61,761 bases of DNA from Clostridiales bacterium. Its GTDB lineage: Bacteria; Bacillota; Clostridia; Lachnospirales; Lachnospiraceae. Under the pieces are notes generated by a model. It had not been told where the DNA came from. It saw only the letters and a program-made list of their open reading frames with translations, and did not search any database. The number at the start of each line of letters is the position of its first letter. The first letter of the stretch is position 1. Shown piece by piece: positions 36,859 to 49,235 of this stretch. Position numbers and translations under genes: made by a program. The DNA is taken from positions 1 to 61,761 of the forward strand of contig JAJBUL010000237.1 in NCBI GenBank assembly GCA_020860365.1, written 5' to 3'.

Positions 36859-38499
36859 TTATTCAACCGATCCATCGAAGCAGCAGGCACCCGGAAGCAG
36901 GTTCAGGCGGTCAGACAGGCATACATAGGTACAGTCTTCCGGAACGATATCGTAGTTGTTTCCGGCATAAAGACCCATCGCGTAACCATTGTCTGTACAC
37001 ATCTGCCACCATGCCAGCATATTCTCTGCGGTATGACCCTCAGCCGTATTGCACAGCTCCAGGAGCTCCTGCCACTCATCATTTACGGTGAAGTAGCCGT
37101 TCGCTGTACCGGTACCGCCATTGCTGTTGTAGTCGAAGCCGTGACTCCAAACCTGTACGTTGTAGTCGCCAGCCATCATGCCGAACATCATATCCCATGC
37201 GGAGGAATCCGCCAGAGTGGAGGTCTGTGTCGCCTGGTCAACGCCCTTTACAGTCGCGTTGATACCGGCCGCCGCAAGCTGAGCCGCGATAATCGTCGCC
37301 ACGTCATTGTAATCGCTCTGTGTAAGAACCGTCAGTGTCTCTCCGTTATAAGAGGATGCCGCAAGATACTCCGCTGCCGCTTCCAGATCTGCGCCGTCAT
37401 TCGTATTGTAGTTGTCAAGGCTTGCCCAGTCTACATAGCTGTAATCCGAATAATAATCGGTCGCGTATGCGTACAGTCTGGTATAGGTTCCGCCAAGAGC
37501 TGTGATCAGGCCGTTCTGGTCGATCGCGTTCAGAACCGCAAGTCTCAGGTTCACATCACCAGTCGGCATATCTTCGCTGCAGTTCAGGCAAAGTCCGTAA
37601 ACAAACTTCTGCACATAGCTGTATACGCTGTACTGATCGCCGTAGCTTCCATCGTCTGTGAAGGTCTCAATGTTTTCCAGCGGCATATCATATACCATAT
37701 CCAGAGCGCCGGACTGAAGACCTGTCTCACGGGAGTTGCCTTCGTCTACGAACTGATAGGTGATCGTCTGTACATTCGCCTGAGACTCCTGACGGCGAAG
37801 AGACTCATCCGTCTGCCAGTACTCCTCGTTCTTCTCAATCACCAGAGAGGAACCAGAGGTATAGGATACAAATTTATACGGGCCGGTACCGCACATCGAG
37901 CTGGTCAGATTTTCCGTATTGTTCTCCGAAACGATGAAACAGCGGGACAGGAAGTTCTCCAGTGCGCCCAGGGAATTCAATTCCTCTGAGAAGGTGAACA
38001 GAACGGTCGTGTCATCCTCCGCCTCTACGGAAACCAGCGTCTGCCAGTTTGAAGTCGTCGCGTTCTCATACTGATACATATAGCTGTAAGCAATATCAGA
38101 AGCGGTGATGTGATTGCCGGCATGATCGTAGATATAATCATAAATGTACACACGGTACTCTACGCTGCCTTCCTCATGGTCATACCCGCCATATTCGCCG
38201 CGGCTTGCATCCGCCAGTAGCGCATAGAACTCGCCATCCGCAGACGTCTCAAACAGCATCTCATAGACTTCGTAGTTACCCGGTACATTATTGTCGGTAC
38301 CCCACGGCTCAATGGAAGTCGCCGTGTTCCAGCCTACTATCAGGGAAGAACGGGTGAACGAATTGTCGATATTCGCAGTATCATGCAGCGAATCATCACT
38401 TGCCAGCGCTGTCGTCCCAACAAGGCTTGTGCCAAACGCAACCGCCACAAAGCTGGCCGCCGTTCCCTTCAGAAAATCTCTTCTGCTGATTTCTCTCAT
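36859..38499 (-). CDS. Family 5 (Opp/Dpp/Nik) solute-binding protein with a twin-arginine leader
   Basis: 'SRRDFLKG'; 'GNHITASDIAYS', 'GTGPYKFVSY', 'LRLAVLNAID'; SD AGGAGG. Confidence 0.88.
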   Translation of the reverse strand: MREISRRDFLKGTAASFVAVAFGTSLVGTTALASDDSLHDTANIDNSFTRSSLIVGWNTATSIEPWGTDNNVPGNYEVYEMLFETSADGEFYALLADASRGEYGGYDHEEGSVEYRVYIYDYIYDHAGNHITASDIAYSYMYQYENATTSNWQTLVSVEAEDDTTVLFTFSEELNSLGALENFLSRCFIVSENNTENLTSSMCGTGPYKFVSYTSGSSLVIEKNEEYWQTDESLRRQESQANVQTITYQFVDEGNSRETGLQSGALDMVYDMPLENIETFTDDGSYGDQYSVYSYVQKFVYGLCLNCSEDMPTGDVNLRLAVLNAIDQNGLITALGGTYTRLYAYATDYYSDYSYVDWASLDNYNTNDGADLEAAAEYLAASSYNGETLTVLTQSDYNDVATIIAAQLAAAGINATVKGVDQATQTSTLADSSAWDMMFGMMAGDYNVQVWSHGFDYNSNGGTGTANGYFTVNDEWQELLELCNTAEGHTAENMLAWWQMCTDNGYAMGLYAGNNYDIVPEDCTYVCLSDRLNLLPGACCFDGSVE

Positions 38500-38718
38500 T
38501 TTGTTTTTCCTCCTAATTTTTATTCAGGCAAAATGCCTTTTCCTGCTCCTCTGCGTCGGATTTTTCATAGCCGTGCGCACCCAAAAGAGCCGGCTCAATT
38601 TTTTACTTTTATCACAGCCATCCGGACGGGATCGATCCGAAGCTGCTGCCGGTGACAGTGATTTTCTGGTACTTCACGAAACCAGAGGACGTCTCCTTCG
38701 ATTCCTTTGAATAATGCC

Positions 38719-38747
38719 ATTTTACTGATTCCTCTGTGCAGTTTCAA
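38719..38747 (-). promoter_or_regulatory. Putative sigma-A promoter of the opp operon, with a LysR-type T-N11-A dyad upstream at about 38769-38785
   Basis: Minus strand TTGAAA-N17-TAAAAT; ATTGCAAAAAATGAAT centred about 65 nt upstream of the predicted start site. Confidence 0.5.
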
Positions 38748-38941
38748 CACGGGAAAAGTTGGAGTTTTATTCATTTTTTGCAATAATCACCACATACCCG
38801 GCCTGCGTTTTCCTCTTTTTCGTGTTTTTCACTACCTCATTTTCCTATACAAGGCTGCGCCAGGCGGGTGCGGCGTTTCTCCGGTTCGAAGGACAAGATT
38901 GCCGCGCGGCAGATTTTTTCTCCCGCCTGTATGCATAGTAA

Positions 38942-38972
38942 CGGGCAGGATACGATTCCTCCGTCCTGCCCG
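38942..38972 (-). terminator. Hairpin ending the nif-like/marR operon
   Basis: cgggcaggatacg...cgtcctgcccg. Confidence 0.55.
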
Positions 38973-38996
38973 CCGCGCATTCCTTTTCAGTTGCCT

Positions 38997-39236
38997 TCAA
39001 TCATTTCTCATGTCGTTTGGTTTTGGCTCAACAACAGACCATTTTTCATCCCCCGACTGTACATAATACACCGGTATCTGCCCCACCAGCTCCGGCAGAT
39101 ACCGCAGCATATCTTTCATACCGATCTCCTCGAAATTAAAAAATGTCATTTTTCCAAGGCAATGAAAGCCAGATGCCTCTCGGCAGTACATCACCCACCG
39201 GGATTCTCTGGCAAACAGTCGAGGCACCCTTTTCAT
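38997..39236 (-). CDS. Hypothetical 79-aa protein
   Basis: ATG overlaps the marR stop (TGATG); no recognisable motif. Confidence 0.35.
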   Translation of the reverse strand: MKRVPRLFARESRWVMYCREASGFHCLGKMTFFNFEEIGMKDMLRYLPELVGQIPVYYVQSGDEKWSVVEPKPNDMRND

Positions 39237-39721
39237 CAGGCTCCATCACCACAGTCCGATTCATCTTCCAGCTCTTCCACCACCCGGCAGATTCGCAGCA
39301 GCGCCTCCGCATCTTCCGTTCCCAGGCGGTCTACAAGTCGGGCGATCTCTTCCCGTTTTTCCTTTCTCCGCCGCCCCACACGCTGCTTTCCCAGATCGGT
39401 CAGCTTTACACTCACCCGCCTGCGGTCATACGACGATGTTTCACGAACGATAAGCTGATCCTCTTCCAGTTCGTTGAGTACCGCGGTTACGCGTGGGGTT
39501 GTGACGCGCATATAGTCGCGGAGTTCTCCAGGAGATGTCTGCCCTTCATGCGCATACAGATAGTTGAGAACCATCCCCCGCCCGGAATCCGATTCTCCGG
39601 AATGCTTTCTTCCTCTTCGGCTCGCATGTCTTCTCTGCGTCACGTTCATAATTTCATCAATCAGCTGTTCTCTGTCCATCTTTTCGTCCTTCTTTCTCCC
39701 CATCTGGTTTTGCTCCGTCAT
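39236..39721 (-). CDS. MarR family transcriptional regulator
   Basis: 'VLNYLY...SPGELRDYMRVTTPRVTAVLNELEEDQLIVR...DRRRVSVKLTDLG'; start 39721 or 39679. Confidence 0.88.
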   Translation of the reverse strand: MTEQNQMGRKKDEKMDREQLIDEIMNVTQRRHASRRGRKHSGESDSGRGMVLNYLYAHEGQTSPGELRDYMRVTTPRVTAVLNELEEDQLIVRETSSYDRRRVSVKLTDLGKQRVGRRRKEKREEIARLVDRLGTEDAEALLRICRVVEELEDESDCGDGA

Positions 39722-39755
39722 CCAATCGGCATGTATTTCATCAAAAGTTCTTCTC

Positions 39756-42173
<2,418 letters not shown>

Positions 42174-42265
42174 ATTATATATGTCTCCTTCTCTTTTCTT
42201 TAATCAAATCCGCCTGTTAAACCATCTGGTCGCAAATCGACGCCCCGGTTTTCCAAAACGCGCTG

Positions 42266-42685
42266 CTACTCATGATCTCCAAACTCCAGATGCGCGTCCT
42301 CAAATATGGTAAGGTCAATGTCATATTCCTGTTTTACCCGTTCCTTCAGCAGTTCACTGTCCGTTGAGAGAATGACCCACTGGCAGCCGCAGGCAATGAC
42401 AAACCGCTTCTCTCCCTGTTCCCTGGAAAGCTCCGCGAGCGCCTCAACGATCTGGTTCAGATAGCGCCCGCTGGAAAAATCGCTCATCGACGGACAAAGC
42501 AGCGCCGCCCGCCCTTCGCGCATCAACGCCCCGATTCTCCGATATGGCTTATGGCGCAGGCAGTTCACAGAGCCCACAAAAAGCAACATTCCCTTCTCTG
42601 ATAGTTCCTCAAGCAAATGATCTCCTTTTCCTCCTCGCTGAGGCATGCGCCCCGCGTCTATGTTTCTATTATTGTCTCTGTCCAT
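42266..42685 (-). CDS. 139-aa single-domain nitrogenase component-1-like protein (N-terminal cluster-binding domain only)
   Basis: 'LFVGSVNCLRH' resembles HGPxGC, 'DFSSGRYLNQIVEAL' resembles DIVFGGEEKL..AI, 'VIACGCQWVILSTD' resembles V.TTC...IGDD; SD GGAGG. Confidence 0.65.
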   Translation of the reverse strand: MDRDNNRNIDAGRMPQRGGKGDHLLEELSEKGMLLFVGSVNCLRHKPYRRIGALMREGRAALLCPSMSDFSSGRYLNQIVEALAELSREQGEKRFVIACGCQWVILSTDSELLKERVKQEYDIDLTIFEDAHLEFGDHE

Positions 42686-42730
42686 TCATTTCCTCCATAT
42701 ACGATAATTGTAAAAAACCGTGCAATTTAT

Positions 42731-42776
42731 TTAATTCACATGAGTTAATCATATCCATTAATTATCCGTTTGTCAA
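42731..42776 (-). promoter_or_regulatory. Sigma-A promoter of the nif-like operon with an overlapping palindromic (MarR-type) operator
   Basis: TTGACA(42776-42771)-N17-TATGAT(42753-42748); dyad TTAAtTCAcaTGAgTTAA at 42731-42748. Confidence 0.65.
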
Positions 42777-42927
42777 GCAAAAAAAGGCCCGCAACTCCTC
42801 CCCTGTCAGAAAAAGAGCTGCAGACCACCTTTCTTCTCTGCGCCAAAACGCAGTTATACCATGATTCCTTCGCGAGCAATACGCTCTCCAGATCCGCCTC
42901 TTTGAAATTCATTACCGAAACATTTAT

Positions 42928-45405
42928 CTAAAGATAATGTCCCGTCACGCTTTCCTGGTTTTCCCTGACCTCCTGGGGTGTACCTACGGCAACAATCCGT
43001 CCGCCTGATTTGCCACCCCCAGGTCCCATGTCGATAATATAATCCGCATTTCGTATGATATCCAGGTCATGCTCAATGACAACCAGCGTCGCGCCATTTT
43101 TCAGCAGAGTCTGAAATACTCGCAGAAGCGTCTGTACATCCAGCGGATGTAATCCTATAGTAGGCTCGTCAAACACAAACACAGAGTCCGTCTGCACCCG
43201 TCCCATCTCACTTGCAAGCTTCAGGCGTTGTGCTTCTCCGCCGGAAAGGCTGGGGGTCTCTTCTCCCAATGTCAGATAATCCAATCCCAGATCCTGCAGC
43301 GTTTTCAGCTTCGGAACAACTCGCTTCAGTTCCGCGCAAGCGGAGAGCGCTGAATGGATATCCATGTCCATCATCTGCGGCAAAGACCAGGATTGTCCTG
43401 CTTTGTTCGTCCAGAGGATCTGTTCTGCCTGCTTATTATAACGGCTGCCTCCGCACTCTGTGCACGTAATATGAATATCCGGTAAAAACTGGATGTCGAG
43501 ATCAATCTGACCGGTTCCATCACAGACCGGACATCGAAGTCTGCCCGTATTATAAGAAAAATCCCCCGCCTTATAGCCCTGCTCCTTAGCCTGGGGCAAT
43601 CTCGCAAATTGTTTTCTCAGATCATCATGGATATCGGCATAAGTGGCGACCGTAGAACGGACATTAATGCCAATCGGCGTCGCGTCAATTAATTTTACGT
43701 GACAAATCTCATCTGCTTTAACAAACTCCACCGAAGCTGGCAGTTTTTTCCCTTCAATGACAGCCTCCAAAGCTGGCACCAGACATTCCAGCACCAGAGT
43801 TGTCTTACCAGAGCCTGATACACCAGTCACAACTGTTAGTTTTCCCTTTGGAATACGTACTTTCAAGGGCTTCACCGTATGAATTTCCCTGGTAAACATA
43901 CACAGTTCTCCCGCCTCAAAAAGGTTCTCAGACGAGACCGATTTTCTTTTGGGCTTTTCTCTATTTTTTTTCAGAAAAGGCCCGATTGTTGACTGACGGT
44001 TCTGGATAATCTCTTCGACGGTTCCTTCAGCTATCACATTTCCTCCCTCCGCACCGGCTCCTGGCCCCATCTCTACCAGCCAGTCTGCTTCCGCGATCAC
44101 CTGTGTATCGTGATCAACCAGAATCACAGTATTCCCGTCCACGACCAGGTCACGCATCACAGAGATCAGACCTCTTATATTGTGCGGATGCAGTCCGATA
44201 GAGGGTTCATCCAAAATATACATTGCTCCTGTGATGCGGTTCCTCACCGCGCGAGCCAGCTGCATGCGCTGCCGTTCTCCTGTCGAGAGTGTCGAAGTGC
44301 CCCGATCCAGAGTCAGGTATCCCAGCCCCAATTCCAGCAGACGCCTCGCCACGACATGGAAGGATTCACAAATACTCTCAGCCAGAGGCCGCATTTCCTC
44401 CGGCAGTGTCGACGGCAGTTCCTCCACCCATACGGACAGCTCCTCCAGCGTCATCTGGCAGGCCTCCGCCAAAGAAATTCCCCGAAGTTTCGGAGCACGT
44501 GCCGCCTTAGACAGACGCGTTCCCCCACAGCATGTACAAGTGTCCTGCCGGAGAAATTTCTCTACGCGTTTCATACCCTTTTCATCCTTTACTTTTGAAA
44601 GAGCATTTTCTACCGTATAAACAGCATTAAAATAAGTAAAATCAAGTTCTCCTGACTGATTGGTATTTTTCGCCTTGTAAAAAATATGCTTTTTTTCCGC
44701 TGGGCCGTGAAAAACAATCTCTTTTTCCTTCTCTGTCAGTTCACAAAACGGAACATCCGTCCGCACCCCCATCTCGCGGCAGACATCCGTCATCAGAGAC
44801 CACATCAGAGAATTCCAGGGAGCTACAGCCCCCTGGTCAATCGTCAATGATTCATCCGGTACCAGCGTTGACAGGTCAACTGTCTGCACCTGACCGGTTC
44901 CGTCACATGCCTGGCAGGCGCCCTGACTGTTAAAAGAAAGTTCCTCCGCCGAAGGCGCCCAAAAATGCGCACCACATTCCGGACAAATCAATTCACGCCC
45001 GGCAGCAACATTCAATGACGGTGGAAGATAGTGCCCATTGGGGCATCGATGGTTCGCCAGCCTGGAGAACATCAGACGCAGGCTATTTAAAAGTTCTGTT
45101 CCTGTGCCAAACGTGCTGCGCAGTCCCGGCACCCCTGGTCTCTGATGAAGAGCGAGAGCGGCAGGAACATGCAACACCTCATCCACATCCGCTTTCGAAG
45201 CAGTTGTCATTCTCCTGCGAGTGTACGTCGACAAAGACTCCATATATCGCCTGGATCCTTCCGCATAAAGAACACCAAGCGCCAGAGAAGACTTCCCCGA
45301 GCCGGAAACACCTACAATACCCACAATCTGGTTCAAAGGAATATCCACATCAATATTTTTAAGATTATGAACCCGCGCGCCCCGGATGTTAATTTTATCA
45401 ATCAT
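42928..45405 (-). CDS. Class II UvrA-like ABC ATPase (UvrA2/DrrC-like)
   Basis: 'IRGARVHNLKNID'; two Walker A (GVSGSGKSS, GVSGSGKTT); LSTGE and LSGGE signatures; CxxC zinc modules; about 825 aa, shorter than canonical UvrA. Confidence 0.88.
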   Translation of the reverse strand: MIDKINIRGARVHNLKNIDVDIPLNQIVGIVGVSGSGKSSLALGVLYAEGSRRYMESLSTYTRRRMTTASKADVDEVLHVPAALALHQRPGVPGLRSTFGTGTELLNSLRLMFSRLANHRCPNGHYLPPSLNVAAGRELICPECGAHFWAPSAEELSFNSQGACQACDGTGQVQTVDLSTLVPDESLTIDQGAVAPWNSLMWSLMTDVCREMGVRTDVPFCELTEKEKEIVFHGPAEKKHIFYKAKNTNQSGELDFTYFNAVYTVENALSKVKDEKGMKRVEKFLRQDTCTCCGGTRLSKAARAPKLRGISLAEACQMTLEELSVWVEELPSTLPEEMRPLAESICESFHVVARRLLELGLGYLTLDRGTSTLSTGERQRMQLARAVRNRITGAMYILDEPSIGLHPHNIRGLISVMRDLVVDGNTVILVDHDTQVIAEADWLVEMGPGAGAEGGNVIAEGTVEEIIQNRQSTIGPFLKKNREKPKRKSVSSENLFEAGELCMFTREIHTVKPLKVRIPKGKLTVVTGVSGSGKTTLVLECLVPALEAVIEGKKLPASVEFVKADEICHVKLIDATPIGINVRSTVATYADIHDDLRKQFARLPQAKEQGYKAGDFSYNTGRLRCPVCDGTGQIDLDIQFLPDIHITCTECGGSRYNKQAEQILWTNKAGQSWSLPQMMDMDIHSALSACAELKRVVPKLKTLQDLGLDYLTLGEETPSLSGGEAQRLKLASEMGRVQTDSVFVFDEPTIGLHPLDVQTLLRVFQTLLKNGATLVVIEHDLDIIRNADYIIDMGPGGGKSGGRIVAVGTPQEVRENQESVTGHYL

Positions 45406-45448
45406 AGCGAAAGCATTCCTCCTGATTCTAAATATGATAAGATCATTC

Positions 45449-45478
45449 AAAAAGCCTCCGCAGCTTATGCGAAGGCTC
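45449..45478 (-). terminator. Intrinsic terminator of the SIS operon
   Basis: Minus strand agccttcgca-taagc-tgcggaggct-tttt. Confidence 0.75.
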
Positions 45479-45512
45479 ATATAATAACTGCCTTATTCCA
45501 CGTTCTTCCTTA

Positions 45513-46679
45513 TTAGTCTACCACTTCTATCGGCGAAAAGTAAGTAGGAATAAAAATTGTCGGATCCATTCCACCGCGGAACATCGGTTCACCAATTGTC
45601 GTATGACGGAAGCCCGCAAAGAGCGCTCCTGGCAGGTACGCGTAAATAGATGCCAGGAAATTCCACTCCTTTGGAGGCACAGGCATCCTGCAATAAGCTA
45701 CTTCTTCCGTAATACCCAGATTTTCCGGTGTCTGGTCACTGAATACCAGGACTTCTCTGGCTCCCCGCTTTACCATGTTATTCACCGTATCCGCGATTCT
45801 GGAAACATTATCATCATTGCTATTGATGATCACCATTTCTCCATACGCTTCGCCCGGTCCCATTAAAATATTCACATGCATATAGTTTTCGCTGTCAATA
45901 ACCGCGCAAGCGTCCCCGGAAAGCTCAATCACTTTCGCCTGTACAAACTTTGCCGCCCAGAACATGGCGCCGTCAGCTGTAAGTCCCAGATACTTTTTGT
46001 CCATCCAGTGTATCGCCGCCGCAAAGCAGGAATCTGCCATCTTCTCCCAGTCGGCAAAAAACAGGTCATGATAGCTCTGCAGTTGCTCACGCAGCTGTGG
46101 CAAACACGCTTTTCCCGTCCGCATTTCTGCCATGGCAGCCGCCAGAATGATCGTACTGATCACATTAATATAGTAAGTACGCAAACCAGCATTGTTATCG
46201 CCTGCCGGTGCATTTTCATAAAAAAGAATATCCGCCTCTTTTGCAGTCTCTGAATCTGGACTATCCGTGACAGCCACCGTAATAATTCCGTGACGTTTAC
46301 ACTGCCGCAAAGCTTCAATCGTGCGGAAAATCCGACCGGACACACTGATAAAAAGAGCAATCGCTTCAGATCCATCCTCTTCATAGTCATAGTGGCGGCT
46401 CAGCTCAATTGCCTCCACCGCTTCATATTTTACATCCGGCAGATAATAAGCAAACGCCTCCTTCACGGCAAATGCTGCAATATTTGAATCCCCGCAGCCA
46501 GTTCCGATGATATGGGTTGCCGTGCGAAAAATCGGGTTTCCAATTATCTCTTTCACATTGTTTGCGGCGCGATCAAACTGATCCATCGTAAGAGGATCCA
46601 CATCTGTACACTGTGCAAAGAAGCTGTCCTGGAAGTAAAATCTTCTGTAATATTTTTCATCATTTAACCTTTTATACAT
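45513..46679 (-). CDS. Double-SIS domain protein (GlmS-C/FrlB/AgaS-like), type B copy 2
   Basis: 'GTGCGDS', 'ISVSG', 'KVIELSG...DSENYMHVN'; no glutaminase domain. Confidence 0.85.
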   Translation of the reverse strand: MYKRLNDEKYYRRFYFQDSFFAQCTDVDPLTMDQFDRAANNVKEIIGNPIFRTATHIIGTGCGDSNIAAFAVKEAFAYYLPDVKYEAVEAIELSRHYDYEEDGSEAIALFISVSGRIFRTIEALRQCKRHGIITVAVTDSPDSETAKEADILFYENAPAGDNNAGLRTYYINVISTIILAAAMAEMRTGKACLPQLREQLQSYHDLFFADWEKMADSCFAAAIHWMDKKYLGLTADGAMFWAAKFVQAKVIELSGDACAVIDSENYMHVNILMGPGEAYGEMVIINSNDDNVSRIADTVNNMVKRGAREVLVFSDQTPENLGITEEVAYCRMPVPPKEWNFLASIYAYLPGALFAGFRHTTIGEPMFRGGMDPTIFIPTYFSPIEVVD

Positions 46680-46689
46680 CGTATCCTCC

Positions 46690-47892
46690 TCACCTCATCC
46701 ATTTTTCTTCCCTGAAATCATAGTGTCCACCAAAATATAATTTCTCATTGACAGCAGCCTGATAACCGGCCAGCAGTGCCCCCGGAATAAAATCAACAAA
46801 TGGCGACATCCATCTCTCCGGCGCCTTTGCAATCCGGCAGATCACCGGCACTCCGGCATTAGCTCTGGAGTTGTAGCTGTTTTGGGCTATATGATATAAA
46901 TCAGGAAATTGCACTTCCATATCAGCCTCCACTGCAAACGACTCTTTCTCTGAATCCGTGACAACAAGAGTTGGGCGATGCTGCGTCAGGCAGCCTGCGA
47001 TCGTGTCCTTCATACGGCCAATGCTCGGATCTGCTTCGTTGATCATCACGATTGTCCCCACCTCATCAGGGCCGCGCATAAAAAAGCTGATATGCGCAAA
47101 TTCCTCTGAATTCGTATGATCACAGTACACACCACCGCATTCAATAAATTTTTCTTCTACAAACTGGGCCGAAAAGCCCTCATTTCCATCAGCAATCACT
47201 TCAAACCTGTTCAGATTCTTCATTCGAATTGCCTCTGCAAACATCAGATCATCGATCCTTTCAATGTCTTCAAGGAAACGGAGCGTATACTCTTCCACAC
47301 TCTTTTTCACTTCACCAAAACGCTCCGTATCTATGCTTCCATTACAAAGCCCAAGATAAGCTCCCAACGCCGCTATACCTGTCATGCTGGCATAATAAGA
47401 GCGAAGTCCAGGTGTGTTGCGTCCTGTCGGCGTCTCCAGGTTATAGATATAGCCAGCAGCCTTTCCACACACAGAATCGGGTGTGTTCGTAATCAACAGT
47501 GTCTTCGCCCCATAATTGTCGGCCTTACCAAACGCCTCTGCCACACGCCCCGAGGAGCCGCTCGCACTGATCGCTACAACCAACACTGCCTCTGCCTGGT
47601 AGCCATCCAGGAGTTCTTTTTCGCTGTAGAACCGACAAAAATCCATGATATCTGGCACATCGCATTTGCTCAGGCCGCTCAGCTTCTTAAATCCCGGAAG
47701 CATCGCCCCTACGGCTGAATACGAATCTCCACAGCCGAGCAGCATCACCCGGCGGATTTTCTCCGCCTCTTTTTGCGGCAAAACCGCACAAAGCTTTTTA
47801 AGGTCAAAACTTTTTTCTGTCTGATAGGCCGCCAGGCTAATAAGATCCTGTACCTGGCGAGTCACGGAATTGCTATAGTCCTTTTTATCCAT
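46690..47892 (-). CDS. Double-SIS domain protein, type A copy 2
   Basis: 'LGCGDSYSA', 'ISASGSS', 'TPGLRSY', 'KFIECGG...EEFAH'. Confidence 0.85.
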   Translation of the reverse strand: MDKKDYSNSVTRQVQDLISLAAYQTEKSFDLKKLCAVLPQKEAEKIRRVMLLGCGDSYSAVGAMLPGFKKLSGLSKCDVPDIMDFCRFYSEKELLDGYQAEAVLVVAISASGSSGRVAEAFGKADNYGAKTLLITNTPDSVCGKAAGYIYNLETPTGRNTPGLRSYYASMTGIAALGAYLGLCNGSIDTERFGEVKKSVEEYTLRFLEDIERIDDLMFAEAIRMKNLNRFEVIADGNEGFSAQFVEEKFIECGGVYCDHTNSEEFAHISFFMRGPDEVGTIVMINEADPSIGRMKDTIAGCLTQHRPTLVVTDSEKESFAVEADMEVQFPDLYHIAQNSYNSRANAGVPVICRIAKAPERWMSPFVDFIPGALLAGYQAAVNEKLYFGGHYDFREEKWMR

Positions 47893-47942
47893 CTGTCTTC
47901 TCCTTCCTTACAGGCATAATCGTTGATGTGCCGGTTCTCCGT

Positions 47943-49235
47943 TCATGCACCTTTTCTGTTCCGATAAGATTGGCTCAATTTTAAAGCAATACATCCGAAC
48001 ACCATCGCTCCCGCAAATGTAATAATTGCAATCAGAAAATCAATCGTATAAGACCCTGTAGCGTCATAGATTGCCCCAAGAGGCACAGAAAACACTGCGG
48101 CAATCATACTGTTACCAATCATCATCACTGCCCAGATATCTGAATAATAGCGGTCTCCCACCACAGTGCGGGCAATCAGCGGCGCCTGCATGCTATACAT
48201 ATTCAATCCCGCAAAACCAGTTAAAAGACAAGCTGGCAGCAAAAACAAGGGATACTGTTTGGATAGAATCATCCCCATCATTCCCAGAGTCATAAAGCCA
48301 ACACCCCAGGCCATTCCGGCTTTGACACCATACCTGTCATTTAATCTTCCCAGCAAAAAGCCGCTGATCACGGAACCGATACTGCAAATACAGGCTGCGA
48401 CGGAGCCATAGGAAACACTGGTTCCCAATTCCATGGTTGCAAATGTAGCAATATAGCCAGGCATCGAACTGCCGACGCTATAGCAAAGACAGGCCACCCA
48501 GGCAAAATAAAACATTGGCATAACAACGGCCTGCTTACGCGTCACACCCCAGCTCTGCTGCAGCCGTGCTTCGCCTGCCCGGGCAGGCGAACCTGAGAGA
48601 GATCCAGCCTCTTCTTGCCCATAAGGGCTGCATTTCATCTCCTCTGGACTTTTCAGGTGTAAGAAGACATAAGGCAAAGCGATTACCACCGGAAGCAGAG
48701 GCAAAATATGATACGCACTCCTCCACCCAAGATGCTCAATCAGCTGCGCGCTAAGTAAAGTAAAAAGAATCGTAAAGGCGTTTCCACTGGCAACACAGAT
48801 ACCTAATACCGTTCCTGTCTTCTTTTTAAACCACATGTTAATGATCAATGGCATGGCCATATACTGCGTAAATGCGGAGCCAATTCCGATCATGACAGCA
48901 GATACATAAAAACCATTAATCGACTGGTAAGACCCCATCAGGAACATACCCAAAAGCATCAGAAAGAGAGCCGGCACCACCACAAGTTTCAGTTTATAGG
49001 TAGTCAAAATCCGCCCCGCTACAGGATAAAGTACAGCCATCACTGCACACTCTATCCCACTTACGATCGTCATCTGTCGGACAAGAATACCAAATTCTTC
49101 CACAACCGGAGTGACAAAATTCCCGATACTGACATTAATAATACTGGTAGAAAAATAAATTAGAATACAGCAGACCATGATTGTCCACGCATAGTGTTTT
49201 TCCTGCATATTCGCTTTTTTCATATGATCGTTCAA
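47943..49235 (-). CDS. MFS transporter
   Basis: About 12 hydrophobic segments; 'INMWFKKKTGTVLG', 'LGRLNDRYG'. Confidence 0.9.
   Translation of the reverse strand: MNDHMKKANMQEKHYAWTIMVCCILIYFSTSIINVSIGNFVTPVVEEFGILVRQMTIVSGIECAVMAVLYPVAGRILTTYKLKLVVVPALFLMLLGMFLMGSYQSINGFYVSAVMIGIGSAFTQYMAMPLIINMWFKKKTGTVLGICVASGNAFTILFTLLSAQLIEHLGWRSAYHILPLLPVVIALPYVFLHLKSPEEMKCSPYGQEEAGSLSGSPARAGEARLQQSWGVTRKQAVVMPMFYFAWVACLCYSVGSSMPGYIATFATMELGTSVSYGSVAACICSIGSVISGFLLGRLNDRYGVKAGMAWGVGFMTLGMMGMILSKQYPLFLLPACLLTGFAGLNMYSMQAPLIARTVVGDRYYSDIWAVMMIGNSMIAAVFSVPLGAIYDATGSYTIDFLIAIITFAGAMVFGCIALKLSQSYRNRKGA

Noticed and set aside
38595-38783. 62-aa ORF / leader peptide upstream of the opp SBP
   Set aside because: It spans the predicted promoter and has no SD or recognisable features.
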